Below are positions 1 through 13,680 of a DNA stretch of 60,137 nucleotides, piece by piece (positions within the stretch are counted from its first letter, which is position 1; each line of letters starts with the position of its first letter). The notes beneath the pieces are model-generated. The model did no database searches and was not told the origin of the DNA. It worked only from the letters and a program-made list of their open reading frames with translations. Origin of the DNA: Auanema rhodensis (Eukaryota; Animalia; Nematoda); NCBI GenBank assembly GCA_964057225.1, contig CAXKVF010000103.1, positions 1-60,137 on the forward strand, written 5' to 3'. A program made the translations under genes and the position numbers.

Positions 1-3000
1 TCATGGTAACCATGACTTTGAAATTTACGTGAACTTTAATTTATGCTAATTAAATGTACACGTGATGTGCACTTGGTATGTAACTCGCTTCACGTGAAAG
101 ATAAAGAGATGCGGTTTTCAAAATTAGATTCCCCATGTCCATATTAGTCTAAAAACAAATTTTTTATTGATATTGGTTTATGGTAACCATGACTTTGAAA
201 TTTACGTGAACTTTAATTTATGCTAATTAAATGTACACGTGGATGTGCACTTGGTATGTAACTCGCTTCACGTGAAAGATAAAGAGATGCGGTTTTCAAA
301 ATTAGATTCCCCATGTCCATATTAGTCTAAAAACAAATTTTTATTGATATTGGTGCATGGTAACCATGACTTTGAAATTTACGTGAACTTTAATTTATGC
401 TAATTAAATGTACACGTGATGTGCACTTGGTATGTAACTCGCTTCACGTGAAAGATAAAGAGATGCGGTTTTCAAAATTAGATTCCCCATGTCCATATTA
501 GTCTAAAAACAAATTTTTATTGATATTGGTGCATGGTAACCATGACTTTGAAATTTACGTGAACTTTAATTTATGCTAATTAAATGTACACGTGATGTGC
601 ACTTGGTATGTAACTCGCTTCACGTGAAAAGATAAAGAGATGCGGGTTTTCAAAATTAGATTCCCCATGTCCATATTAGTCTAAAAACAAATTTTTATTG
701 ATATTGGTGCATGGTAACCATGACTTTGAAATTTACGTGAACTTTAATTTATGCTAATTAAATGTACACGTGATGTGCACTTGGTATGTAACTCGCTTCA
801 CGTGAAAGATAAAGAGATGCGGTTTTCAAAATTAGATTCCCCATGTCCATATTAGTCTAAAAACAAATTTTTATTGATATTGGTGCATGGTAACCATGAC
901 TTTGAAATTTACGTGAACTTTAATTTATGCTAATTAAATGTACACGTGATGTGCACTTGGTATGTAACTCGCTTCACGTGAAAGATAAAGAGATGCGGTT
1001 TTCAAAATTAGATTCCCCATGTCCATATTAGTCTAAAAACAAATTTTTATTGATATTGGTGAATGGTAACCATGACTTTGAAATTTACGTGAACTTTAAT
1101 TTATGCTAATTAAATGTACACGTGATGTGCACTTGGTATGTAACTCGCTTCACGTGAAAGATAAAGAGATGCGGTTTTCAAAATTAGATTCCCCATGTCC
1201 ATATTAGTCTAAAAACAAATTTTTATTGATATTGGTGCATGGTAACCATGACTTTGAAATTTACGTGAACTTTAATTTATGCTAATTAAATGTACACGTG
1301 ATGTGCACTTGGTATGTAACTCGCTTCACGTGAAAGATAAAGAGATGCGGTTTTCAAAATTAGATTCCCCATGTCCATATTAGTCTAAAAACAAATTTTT
1401 ATTGATATTGGTGCATGGTAACCATGACTTTGAAATTTACGTGAACTTTAATTTATGCTAATTAAATGTACACGTGATGTGCACTTGGTATGTAACTCGC
1501 TTCACGTGAAAGATAAAGAGATGCGGTTTTCAAAATTAGATTCCCCATGTCCATATTAGTCTAAAAACAAATTTTTATTGATATTGGTGCATGGTAACCA
1601 TGACTTTGAAATTTACGTGAACTTTAATTTATGCTAATTAAATGTACACGTGATGTGCACTTGGTATGTAACTCGCTTCACGTGAAAGATAACGAGATGC
1701 GGTTTTCAAAATTAGATTCCCCATGTCCATATTAGTCTAAAAACAAATTTTTATTGATATTGGTGAATGGTAACCATGACTTTGAAATTTACGTGAACTT
1801 TAATTTATGCTAATTAAATGTACACGTGATGTGCACTTGGTATGTAACTCGCTTCACGTGAAAGATAAAGAGATGCGGTTTTCAAAATTAGATTCCCCAT
1901 GTCCATATTAGTCTAAAAACAAATTTTTATTGATATTGGTTCATGGTAACCATGACTTTGAAATTTACGTGAACTTTAATTTATGCTAATTAAATGTACA
2001 CGTGATGTGCACTTGGTATGTAACTCGCTTCACGTGAAAGATAAAGAGATGCGGTTTTCAAAATTAGATTCTCCATGTCCATATTAGTCTAAAAACAAAT
2101 TTTTATTGATATTGGTTCATGGTAACCATGACTTTGAAATTTACGTGAACTTTAATTTATGCTAATTAAATGTACACGTGATGTGCACTTGGTATGTAAC
2201 TCGCTTCACGTGAAAGATAAAGAGATGCGGTTTTCAAAATTAGATTCCCCATGTCCATATTAGTCTAAAAACAAATTTTTATTGATATTGGTGCATGGTA
2301 ACCATGACTTTGAAATTTACGTGAACTTTAATTTATGCTAATTAAATGTACACGTGATGTGCACTTGGTATGTAACTCGCTTCACGTGAAAGATAAAGAG
2401 ATGCGGTTTTCAAAATTAGATTCCCCATGTCCATATTAGTCTAAAAACAAATTTTTATTGATATTGGTGCATGGTAACCATGACTTTGAAATTTACGTGA
2501 ACTTTAATTTATGCTAATTAAATGTACACGTGATGTGCACTTGGTATGTAACTCGCTTCACGTGAAAGATAACGAGATGCGGTTTTCAAAATTAGATTCC
2601 CCATGTCCATATTAGTCTAAAAACAAATTTTTATTGATATTGGTGCATGGTAACCATGACTTTGAAATTTACGTGAACTTTAATTTATGCTAATTAAATG
2701 TACACGTGATGTGCACTTGGTATGTAACTCGCTTCACGTGAAAGATAAAGAGATGCGGTTTTCAAAATTAGATTCCCCATGTCCATATTAGTCTAAAAAA
2801 CAAATTTTTATTGATATTGGTGCATGGTAACCATGACTTTGAAATTTACGTGAACTTTAATTTATGCTAATTAAATGTACACGTGATGTGCACTTGGTAT
2901 GTAACTCGCTTCACGTGAAAGATAACGAGATGCGGTTTTCAAAATTAGATTCCCCATGTCCATATTAGTCTAAAAACAAATTTTTATTGATATTGGTGCA

Positions 3001-6000
3001 TGGTAACCATGACTTTGAAATTTACGTGAACTTTAATTTATGCTAATTAAATGTACACGTGATGTGCACTTGGTATGTAACTCGCTTCACGTGAAAGATA
3101 AAGAGATGCGGTTTTCAAAATTAGATTCCCCATGTCCATATTAGTCTAAAAACAAATTTTTATTGATATTGGTTCATGGTAACCATGACTTTGAAATTTA
3201 CGTGAACTTTAATTTATGCTAATTAAATGTACACGTGATGTGCACTTGGTATGTAACTCGCTTCACGTGAAAGATAAAGAGATGCGGTTTTCAAAATTAG
3301 ATTCCCCATGTCCATATTAGTCTAAAAACAAATTTTTATTGATATTGGTTCATGGTAACCATGACTTTGAAATTTACGTGAACTTTAATTTATGCTAATT
3401 AAATGTACACGTGATGTGCACTTGGTATGTAACTCGCTTCACGTGAAAGATAAAGAGATGCGGTTTTCAAAATTAGATTCCCCATGTCCATATTAGTCTA
3501 AAAACAAATTTTTATTGATATTGGTGCATGGTAACCATGACTTTGAAATTTACGTGAACTTTAATTTATGCTAATTAAATGTACACGTGATGTGCACTTG
3601 GTATGTAACTCGCTTCACGTGAAAGATAAAGAGATGCGGTTTTCAAATTAGATTCCCCATGTCCATATTAGTCTAAAAACAAATTTTTATTGATATTGGT
3701 TCATGGTAACCATGACTTTGAAATTTACGTGAACTTTAATTTATGCTAATTAAATGTACACGTGATGTGCACTTGGTATGTAACTCGCTTCACGTGAAAG
3801 ATAAAGAGATGCGGTTTTCAAAATTAGATTCCCCATGTCCATATTAGTCTAAAAACAAATTTTTATTGATATTGGTGCATGGTAACCATGACTTTGAAAT
3901 TTACGTGAACTTTAATTTATGCTAATTAAATGTACACGTGATGTGCACTTGGTATGTAACTCGCTTCACGTGAAAGATAAAGAGATGCGGTTTTCAAAAT
4001 TAGATTCCCCATGTCCATATTAGTCTAAAAACAAATTTTTATTGATATTGGTGCATGGTAACCATGACTTTGAAATTTACGTGAACTTTAATTTATGCTA
4101 ATTAAATGTACACGTGATGTGCACTTGGTATGTAACTCGCTTCACGTGAAAGATAAAGAGATGCGGTTTTCAAAATTAGATTCCCCATGTCCATATTAGT
4201 TTAAAAACAAATTTTTATTGATATTGGTGCATGGTAACCATGACTTTGAAATTTACGTGAACTTTAATTTATGCTAATTAAATGTACACGTGATGTGCAC
4301 TTGGTATGTAACTCGCTTCACGTGAAAGATGAAGAGATGCGGTTTTCAAAATTAGATTCCCATGTCCATATTAGTCTAAAAACAAATTTTTTTGATATTG
4401 GTGCATGGTAACCATGACTTTGAAATTTACGTGAACTTTAATTTATGCTAATTAAATGTACACGTGATGTGCACTTGGTATGTAACTCGCTTCACGTGAA
4501 AGATAAAGAGATGCGGTTTTCAAAATTAGATTCCCCATGTCCATATTAGTCTAAAAACAAATTTTTATTGATATTGGTGCATGGTAACCATGACTTTGAA
4601 ATTTACGTGAACTTTAATTTATGCTAATTAAATGTACACGTGATGTGCACTTCGTATGTAACTCGCTTCACGTGAAAGATGAAGAGATGCGGTTTTCAAA
4701 ATTAGATTCCCCATGTCCATATTAGTCTAAAAACAAATTTTTATTGACATTGGTGCATGGTAACCATGACTTTGAAATTTACGTGAACTTTAATTTATGC
4801 TAATTAAATGTACACGTGATGTGCACTTGGTATGTAACTCGCTTCACGTGAAAGATAAAGAGATGCGGTTTTCAAAATTAGATTCCCCATGTCCATATTA
4901 GTCTAAAAACAAATTTTTATTGATATTGGTGCATGGTAACCATGACTTTGAAATTTACGTGAACTTTAATTTATGCTAATTAAATGTACACGTGATGTGC
5001 ACTTGGTATGTAACTCGCTTCACGTGAAAGATAAAGAGATGCGGTTTTCAAAATTAGATTCCCCATGTCCATATTAGTCTAAAAACAAATTTTTATTGAC
5101 ATTGGTGCATGGTAACCATGACTTTGAAATTTACGTGAACTTTAATTTATGCTAATTAAATGTACACGTGATGTGCACTTGGTATGTAACTCGCTTCACG
5201 TGAAAGATAAAGAGATGCGGTTTTCAAAATTAGATTCCCCATGTCCATATTAGTCTAAAAACAAATTTTTATTGATATTGGTGCATGGTAACCATGACTT
5301 TGAAATTTACGTGAACTTTAATTTATGCTAATTAAATGTACACGTGATGTGCACTTGGTATGTAACTCGCTTCACGTGAAAGATAAAGAGATGCGGTTTT
5401 CAAAATTAGATTCCCCATGTCCATATTAGTCTAAAAACAAATTTTTATTGATATTGGTGCATGGTAACCATGACTTTGAAATTTACGTGAACTTTAATTT
5501 ATGCTAATTAAATGTACACGTGATGTGCACTTGGTATGTAACTCGCTTCACGTGAAAGATAAAGAGATGCGGTTTTCAAAATTAGATTCCCCATGTCCAT
5601 ATTAGTCTAAAAACAAATTTTTATTGATATTGGTTCATGGTAACCATGACTTTGAAATTTACGTGAACTTTAATTTATGCTAATTAAATGTACACGTGAT
5701 GTGCACTTGGTATGTAACTCGCTTCACGTGAAAGATAAAGAGATGCGGTTTTCAAAATTAGATTCCCCATGTCCATATTAGTCTAAAAACAAATTTTTAT
5801 TGATATTGGTGCATGGTAACCATGACTTTGAAATTTACGTGAACTTTAATTTATGCTAATTAAATGTACACGTGATGTGCACTTGGTATGTAACTCGCTT
5901 CACGTGAAAGATAAAGAGATGCGGTTTTCAAAATTAGATTCCCCATGTCCATATTAGTCTAAAAACAAATTTTTATTGATATTGGTGCATGGTAACCATG

Positions 6001-9000
6001 ACTTTGAAATTTACGTGAACTTTAATTTATGCTAATTAAATGTACACGTGATGTGCACTTGGTATGTAACTCGCTTCACGTGAAAGATAAAGAGATGCGG
6101 TTTTCAAAATTAGATTCCCCATGTCCATATTAGTTTAAAAACAAATTTTTATTGATATTGGTGCATGGTAACCATGACTTTGAAATTTACGTGAACTTTA
6201 ATTTATGCTAATTAAATGTACACGTGATGTGCACTTGGTATGTAACTCGCTTCACGTGAAAGATGAAGAGATGCGGTTTTCAAAATTAGATTCCCCATGT
6301 CCATATTAGTCTAAAAACAAATTTTTATTGATATTGGTGCATGGTAACCATGACTTTGAAATTTACGTGAACTTTAATTTATGCTAATTAAATGTACACG
6401 TGATGTGCACTTGGTATGTAACTCGCTTCACGTGAAAGATAAAGAGATGCGGTTTTCAAAATTAGATTCCCCATGTCCATATTAGTCTAAAAACAAATTT
6501 TTATTGATATTGGTGCATGGTAACCATGACTTTGAAATTTACGTGAACTTTAATTTATGCTAATTAAATGTACACGTGATGTGCACTTGGTATGTAACTC
6601 GCTTCACGTGAAAGATAACGAGATGCGGTTTTCAAAATTAGATTCCCCATGTCCATATTAGTCTAAAAACAAATTTTTATTGATATTGGTTCATGGTAAC
6701 CATGACTTTGAAATTTACGTGAACTTTAATTTATGCTAATTAAATGTACACGTGATGTGCACTTGGTATGTAACTCGCTTCACGTGAAAGATAAAGAGAT
6801 GCGGTTTTCAACATTAGATTCCCCATGTCCATATTAGTCTAAAAACAAATTTTTATTGATATTGGTGCATGGTAACCATGACTTTGAAATTTACGTGAAC
6901 TTTAATTTATGCTAATTAAATGTACACGTGATGTGCACTTGGTATGTAACTCGCTTCACGTGAAAGATAAAGAGATGCGGTTTTCAAAATTAGATTCCCC
7001 ATGTCCATATTAGTCTAAAAACAAATTTTTATTGATATTGGTTCATGGTAACCATGACTTTGAAATTTACGTGAACTTTAATTTATGCTAATTAAATGTA
7101 CACGTGATGTGCACTTGGTATGTAACTCGCTTCACGTGAAAGATAAAGAGATGCGGTTTTCAAAATTAGATTCCCCATGTCCATATTAGTCTAAAAACAA
7201 ATTTTTATTGATATTGGTTTATGGTAACCATGACTTTGAAATTTACGTGAACTTTAATTTATGCTAATTAAATGTACACGTGATGTGCACTTGGTATGTA
7301 ACTCGCTTCACGTGAAAGATAAAGAGATGCGGTTTTCAAAATTAGATTCCTCATGTCCATATTAGTCTAAAAACAAATTTTTATTGATATTGGTGCATGG
7401 TAACCATGACTTTGAAATTTACGTGAACTTTAATTTATGCTAATTAAATGTACACGTGATGTGCACTTGGTATGTAACTCGCTTCACGTGAAAGATAAAG
7501 AGATGCGGTTTTCAAAATTAGATTCCCCATGTCCATATTAGTCTAAAAACAAATTTTTATTGATATTGGTGCATGGTAACCATGACTTTGAAATTTACGT
7601 GAACTTTAATTTATGCTAATTAAATGTACACGTGATGTGCACTTGGTATGTAACTCGCTTCACGTAAAGATGAAGAGATGCGGTTTTCAAAATTAGATTC
7701 CCCATGTCCATATTAGTCTAAAAACAAATTTTTATTGATATTGGTGCATGGTAACCATGACTTTGAAATTTACGTGAACTTTAATTTATGCTAATTAAAT
7801 GTACACGTGATGTGCACTTGGTATGTAACTCGCTTCACGTGAAAGATAAAGAGATGCGGTTTTCAAAATTAGATTCCCCATGTCCATATTAGTCTAAAAA
7901 CAAATTTTTATTGATATTGGTGCATGGTAACCATGACTTTGAAATTTACGTGAACTTTAATTTATGCTAATTAAATGTACACGTGATGTGCACTTGGTAT
8001 GTAACTCGCTTCACGTGAAAGATAAAGAGATGCGGTTTTCAAAATTAGATTCCCCATGTCCATATTAGTCTAAAAACAAATTTTTATTGATATTGGTGCA
8101 TGGTAACCATGACTTTGAAATTTACGTGAACTTTAATTTATGCTAATTAAATGTACACGTGATGTGCACTTGGTATGTAACTCGCTTCACGTGAAAGATA
8201 ACGAGATGCGGTTTTCAAAATTAGATTCCCCATGTCCATATTAGTCTAAAAACAAATTTTTATTGATATTGGTTCATGGTAACCATGACTTTGAAATTTA
8301 CGTGAACTTTAATTTATGCTAATTAAATGTACACGTGATGTGCACTTGGTATGTAACTCGCTTCACGTGAAAGATAAAGAGATGCGGTTTTCAACATTAG
8401 ATTCCCCATGTCCATATTAGTCTAAAAACAAATTTTTATTGATATTGGTGCATGGTAACCATGACTTTGAAATTTACGTGAACTTTAATTTATGCTAATT
8501 AAATGTACACGTGATGTGCACTTGGTATGTAACTCGCTTCACGTGAAAGATAAAGAGATGCGGTTTTCAAAATTAGATTCCCCATGTCCATATTAGTCTA
8601 AAAACAAATTTTTATTGATATTGGTTCATGGTAACCATGACTTTGAAATTTACGTGAACTTTAATTTATGCTAATTAAATGTACACGTGATGTGCACTTG
8701 GTATGTAACTCGCTTCACGTGAAAGATAAAGAGATGCGGTTTTCAAAATTAGATTCCCCATGTCCATATTAGTCTAAAAACAAATTTTTATTGATATTGG
8801 TTTATGGTAACCATGACTTTGAAATTTACGTGAACTTTAATTTATGCTAATTAAATGTACACGTGATGTGCACTTGGTATGTAACTCGCTTCACGTGAAA
8901 GATAAAGAGATGCGGTTTTCAAAATTAGATTCCTCATGTCCATATTAGTCTAAAAACAAATTTTTATTGATATTGGTGCATGGTAACCATGACTTTGAAA

Positions 9001-12000
9001 TTTACGTGAACTTTAATTTATGCTAATTAAATGTACACGTGATGTGCACTTGGTATGTAACTCGCTTCACGTGAAAGATAAAGAGATGCGGTTTTCAAAA
9101 TTAGATTCCCCATGTCCATATTAGTCTAAAAACAAATTTTTATTGATATTGGTGCATGGTAACCATGACTTTGAAATTTACGTGAACTTTAATTTATGCT
9201 AATTAAATGTACACGTGATGTGCACTTGGTATGTAACTCGCTTCACGTAAAAGATGAAGAGATGCGGTTTTCAAAATTAGATTCCCCATGTCCATATTAG
9301 TCTAAAAACAAATTTTTATTGATATTGGTGCATGGTAACCATGACTTTGAAATTTACGTGAACTTTAATTTATGCTAATTAAATGTACACGTGATGTGCA
9401 CTTGGTATGTAACTCGCTTCACGTGAAAGATAAAGAGATGCGGTTTTCAAATTAGATTCCCCATGTCCATATTAGTCTAAAAACAAATTTTTATTGATAT
9501 TGGTGCATGGTAACCATGACTTTGAAATTTACGTGAACTTTAATTTATGCTAATTAAATGTACACGTGATGTGCACTTGGTATGTAACTCGCTTCACGTG
9601 AAAGATAAAGAGATGCGGTTTTCAAAATTAGATTCCCCATGTCCATATTAGTCTAAAAACAAATTTTTATTGATATTGGTGCATGGTAACCATGACTTTG
9701 AAATTTACGTGAACTTTAATTTATGCTAATTAAATGTACACGTGATGTGCACTTGGTATGTAACTCGCTTCACGTAAAAGATGAAGAGATGCGGTTTTCA
9801 AAATTAGACTCCCCATGTCCATATTAGTCTAAAAACAAATTTTTATTGATATTGGTGCATGGTAACCATGACTTTGAAATTTACGTGAACTTTAATTTAT
9901 GCTAATTAAATGTACACGTGATGTGCACTTGGTATGTAACTCGCTTCACGTGAAAGATAAGGAGATGCGGTTTTCAAAATTAGATTCCCCATGTCCATAT
10001 TAGTCTAAAAACAAATTTTTATTGACATTGGTGCATGGTAACCATGACTTTGAAATTTACGTGAACTTTAATTTATGCTAATTAAATGTACACGTGATGT
10101 GCACTTGGTATGTAACTCGCTTCACGTGAAAGATAAAGAGATGCGGTTTTCAAAATTAGATTCCCCATGTCCATATTAGTCTAAAAACAAATTTTTATTG
10201 ATATTGGTGCATGGTAACCATGACTTTGAAATTTACGTGAACTTTAATTTATGCTAATTAAATGTACACGTGATGTGCACTTGGTATGTAACTCGCTTCA
10301 CGTGAAAGATGAAGAGATGCGGTTTTCAAAATTAGATTCCCCATGTCCATATTAGTCTAAAAACAAATTTTTATTGATATTGGTGCATGGTAACCATGAC
10401 TTTGAAATTTACGTGAACTTTAATTTATGCTAATTAAATGTACACGTGATGTGCACTTGGTATGTAACTCGCTTCACGTGAAAGATAAAGAGATGCGGTT
10501 TTCAAAATTAGATTCCCCATGTCCATATTAGTCTAAAAACAAATTCTTATTGATATTGGTGCATGGTAACCATGACTTTGAAATTTACGTGAACTTTAAT
10601 TTATGCTAATTAAATGTACACGTGATGTGCACTTGGTATGTAACTCGCTTCACGTGAAAGATGAAGAGATGCGGTTTTCAAAATTAGATTCCCCATGTCC
10701 ATATTAGTCTAAAAACAAATTTTATTGATATTGGTGCATGGTAACCATGACTTTGAAATTTACGTGAACTTTAATTTATGCTAATTAAATGTACACGTGA
10801 TGTGCACTTGGTATGTAACTCGCTTCACGTGAAAGATGAAGAGATGCGGTTTTCAAAATTAGATTCCCCATGTCCATATTAGTCTAAAAACAAATTTTTA
10901 TTGACATTGGTGCATGGTAACCATGACTTTGAAATTTACGTGAACTTTAATTTATGCTAATTAAATGTACACGTGATGGGCACTTGGTATGTAACTCGCT
11001 TCACGTGAAAGATAAAGAGATGCGGTTTTCAAAATTAGATTCCCCATGTCCATATTAGTCTAAAAACAAATTTTTATTGATATTGGTTCATGGTAACCAT
11101 GACTTTGAAATTTACGTGAACTTTAATTTATGCTAATTAAATGTACACGTGATGTGCACTTGGTATGTAACTCGCTTCACGTGAAAGATAAAGAGATGCG
11201 GTTTTCAAAATTAGATTCCCCATGTCCATATTAGTCTAAAAACAAATTTTTATTGATATTGGTTCATGGTAACCATGACTTTGAAATTTACGTGAACTTT
11301 AATTTATGCTAATTAAATGTACACGTGATGTGCACTTGGTATGTAACTCGCTTCACGTGAAAGATAAAGAGATGCGGTTTTCAAAATTAGATTCCCCATG
11401 TCCATATTAGTCTAAAAACAAATTTTATTGATATTGGTGCATGGTAACCATGACTTTGAAATTTACGTGAACTTTAATTTATGCTAATTAAATGTACACG
11501 TGATGTGCACTTGGTATGTAACTCGCTTCACGTGAAAGATAAAGAGATGCGGTTTTCAAAATTAGATTCCCCATGTCCATATTAGTCTAAAAACAAATTT
11601 TTATTGATATTGGTGCATGGTAACCATGACTTTGAAATTTACGTGAACTTTAATTTATGCTAATTAAATGTACACGTGATGTGCACTTGGTATGTAACTC
11701 GCTTCACGTGAAAGATGAAGAGATGCGGTTTTCAAAATTAGATTCCCCATGTCCATATTAGTCTAAAAACAAATTTTTATTGATATTGGTTCATGGTAAC
11801 CATGACTTTGAAATTTACGTGAACTTTAATTTATGCTAATTAAATGTACACGTGATGTGCACTTGGTATGTAACTCGCTTCACGTGAAAGATAAAGAGAT
11901 GCGGTTTTCAAAATTAGATTCCCCATGTCCATATTAGTCTAAAAACAAATTTTTATTGATATTGGTTTATGGTAACCATGACTTTGAAATTTACGTGAAC

Positions 12001-13238
12001 TTTAATTTATGCTAATTAAATGTACACGTGATGTGCACTTGGTATGTAACTCGCTTCACGTGAAAGATAAAGAGATGCGGTTTTCAAAATTAGATTCCCC
12101 ATGTCCATATTAGTCTAAAAACAAATTTTTATTGATATTGGTGCATGGTAACCATGACTTTGAAATTTACGTGAACTTTAATTTATGCTAATTAAATGTA
12201 CACGTGATGTGCACTTGGTATGTAACTCGCTTCACGTGAAAGATAAAGAGATGCGGTTTTCAAAATTAGATTCCCCATGTCCATATTAGTTTAAAAACAA
12301 ATTTTTATTGATATTGGTGCATGGTAACCATGACTTTGAAATTTACGTGAACTTTAATTTATGCTAATTAAATGTACACGTGATGTGCACTTGGTATGTA
12401 ACTCGCTTCACGTGAAAGATGAAGAGATGCGGTTTTCAAAATTAGATTCCCCATGTCCATATTAGTCTAAAAACAAATTTTTATTGATATTGGTGCATGG
12501 TAACCATGACTTTGAAATTTACGTGAACTTTAATTTATGCTAATTAAATGTACACGTGATGTGCACTTGGTATGTAACTCGCTTCACGTGAAAGATAAAG
12601 AGATGCGGTTTTCAAAATTAGATTCCCCATGTCCATATTAGTCTAAAAACAAATTTTTATTGATATTGGTGCATGGTAACCATGACTTTGAAATTTACGT
12701 GAACTTTAATTTATGCTAATTAAATGTACACGTGATGTGCACTTGGTATGTAACTCGCTTCACGTGAAAGATAACGAGATGCGGTTTTCAAAATTAGATT
12801 CCCCATGTCCTTGAAATTTACGTGAACTTTAATTTATGCTAATTGATTCCCCATGTCTTTGAAATTTACGTGAACTTTAATTTATGCTAATTAAATGTAC
12901 ACGTGATGTGCACTTGGTATGTAACTCGCTTCACGTGAAAGATAAAGAGATGCGGTTTTCAAAATTAGATTCCCCATGTCCATATTAGTCTAAAAACAAA
13001 TTTTTATTGATATTGGTGCATGGTAACCATGACTTTGAAATTTACGTGAACTTTAATTTATGCTAATTAAATGTACACGTGATGTGCACTTGGTATGTAA
13101 CTCGCTTCACGTGAAAGATAAAGAGATGCGGTTTTCAAAATTAGATTCCCCATGTCCATATTAGTTTAAAAACAAATTTTTATTGATATTGGTGCATGGT
13201 AACCATGACTTTGAAATTTACGTGAACTTTAATTTATG
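1..13238 (+). repeat. 176-bp tandem satellite, forward-oriented block (about 75 monomers)
   Basis: Consensus CATGGTAACCATGACTTTGAAATTTACGTGAACTTTAATTTATGCTAATTAAATGTACACGTGATGTGCACTTGGTATGTAACTCGCTTCACGTGAAAGATAAAGAGATGCGGTTTTCAAAATTAGATTCCCCATGTCCATATTAGTCTAAAAACAAATTTTTATTGATATTGGTG (176 nt, 57 G+C). Line register recurs every 2640 bp (15 x 176). Most monomers differ from consensus by 0-3 substitutions. Confidence 0.99.
12797..12892 (+). repeat. Rearranged monomer: 2 x 48-bp tandem unit spanning a 53-bp deletion
   Basis: GATTCCCCATGTC[C/T]TTGAAATTTACGTGAACTTTAATTTATGCTAATT occurs twice (12797-12844 and 12845-12892). Local period is 171 bp (12771 to 12942). Confidence 0.95.
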
Positions 13239-13584
13239 CATAAATTAAAGTTCACGTAAATTTCAAAGTCATGGTTACCATGCACCAATATCAATAAAAA
13301 TTTGTTTTTAAACTAATATGGACATGGGGAATCTAATTTTGAAAACCGCATCTCTTTATCTTTCACGTGAAGCGAGTTACATACCAAGTGCACATCACGT
13401 GTACATTTAATTAGCATAAATTAAAGTTCACGTAAATTTCAAAGTCATGGTTACCATGCACCAATATCAATAAAAATTTGTTTTTAGACTAATATGGACA
13501 TGGGGAATCTAATTTTGAAAACCGCATCTCTTTATCTTTCACGTGAAGCGAGTTACATACCAAGTGCACATCACGTGTACATTT

Positions 13585-13680
13585 AATTAGCATAAATTAA
13601 AGTTCACGTAAATTTCAAAGACATGGGGAATCAATTAGCATAAATTAAAGTTCACGTAAATTTCAAGGACATGGGGAATC
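13585..13680 (-). repeat. Rearranged monomer (48-bp duplication, 53-bp deletion), mirror copy
   Basis: Exact reverse complement of 12797-12892. Confidence 0.95.

Noticed and set aside
1-176. 5S rRNA, tRNA, snRNA or spliced-leader tandem gene
   Set aside because: I see no recognisable Pol III A/B/C boxes, cloverleaf or conserved RNA motif. An Rfam search would settle it.
1-176. Identity with primate alpha satellite, Arabidopsis CEN178 or the honeybee AluI 176-bp repeat
   Set aside because: Only the length is similar. There is no CENP-B box, no AAGCTT or AGCT site, and no sequence resemblance I can recognise. The 171-bp variant length is treated as coincidence.
55-176. Budding-yeast point centromere (CDEI-CDEII-CDEIII)
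   Set aside because: Only the CDEI-like octamer matches. There is no >90% AT CDEII or convincing CDEIII, and point centromeres are not tandem arrays.
13200-13280. Sequencing adapter, telomeric repeat or protelomerase target at the junction
   Set aside because: The junction is pure satellite with no foreign bases, and no telomere-resolvase gene or known target is present in the window.
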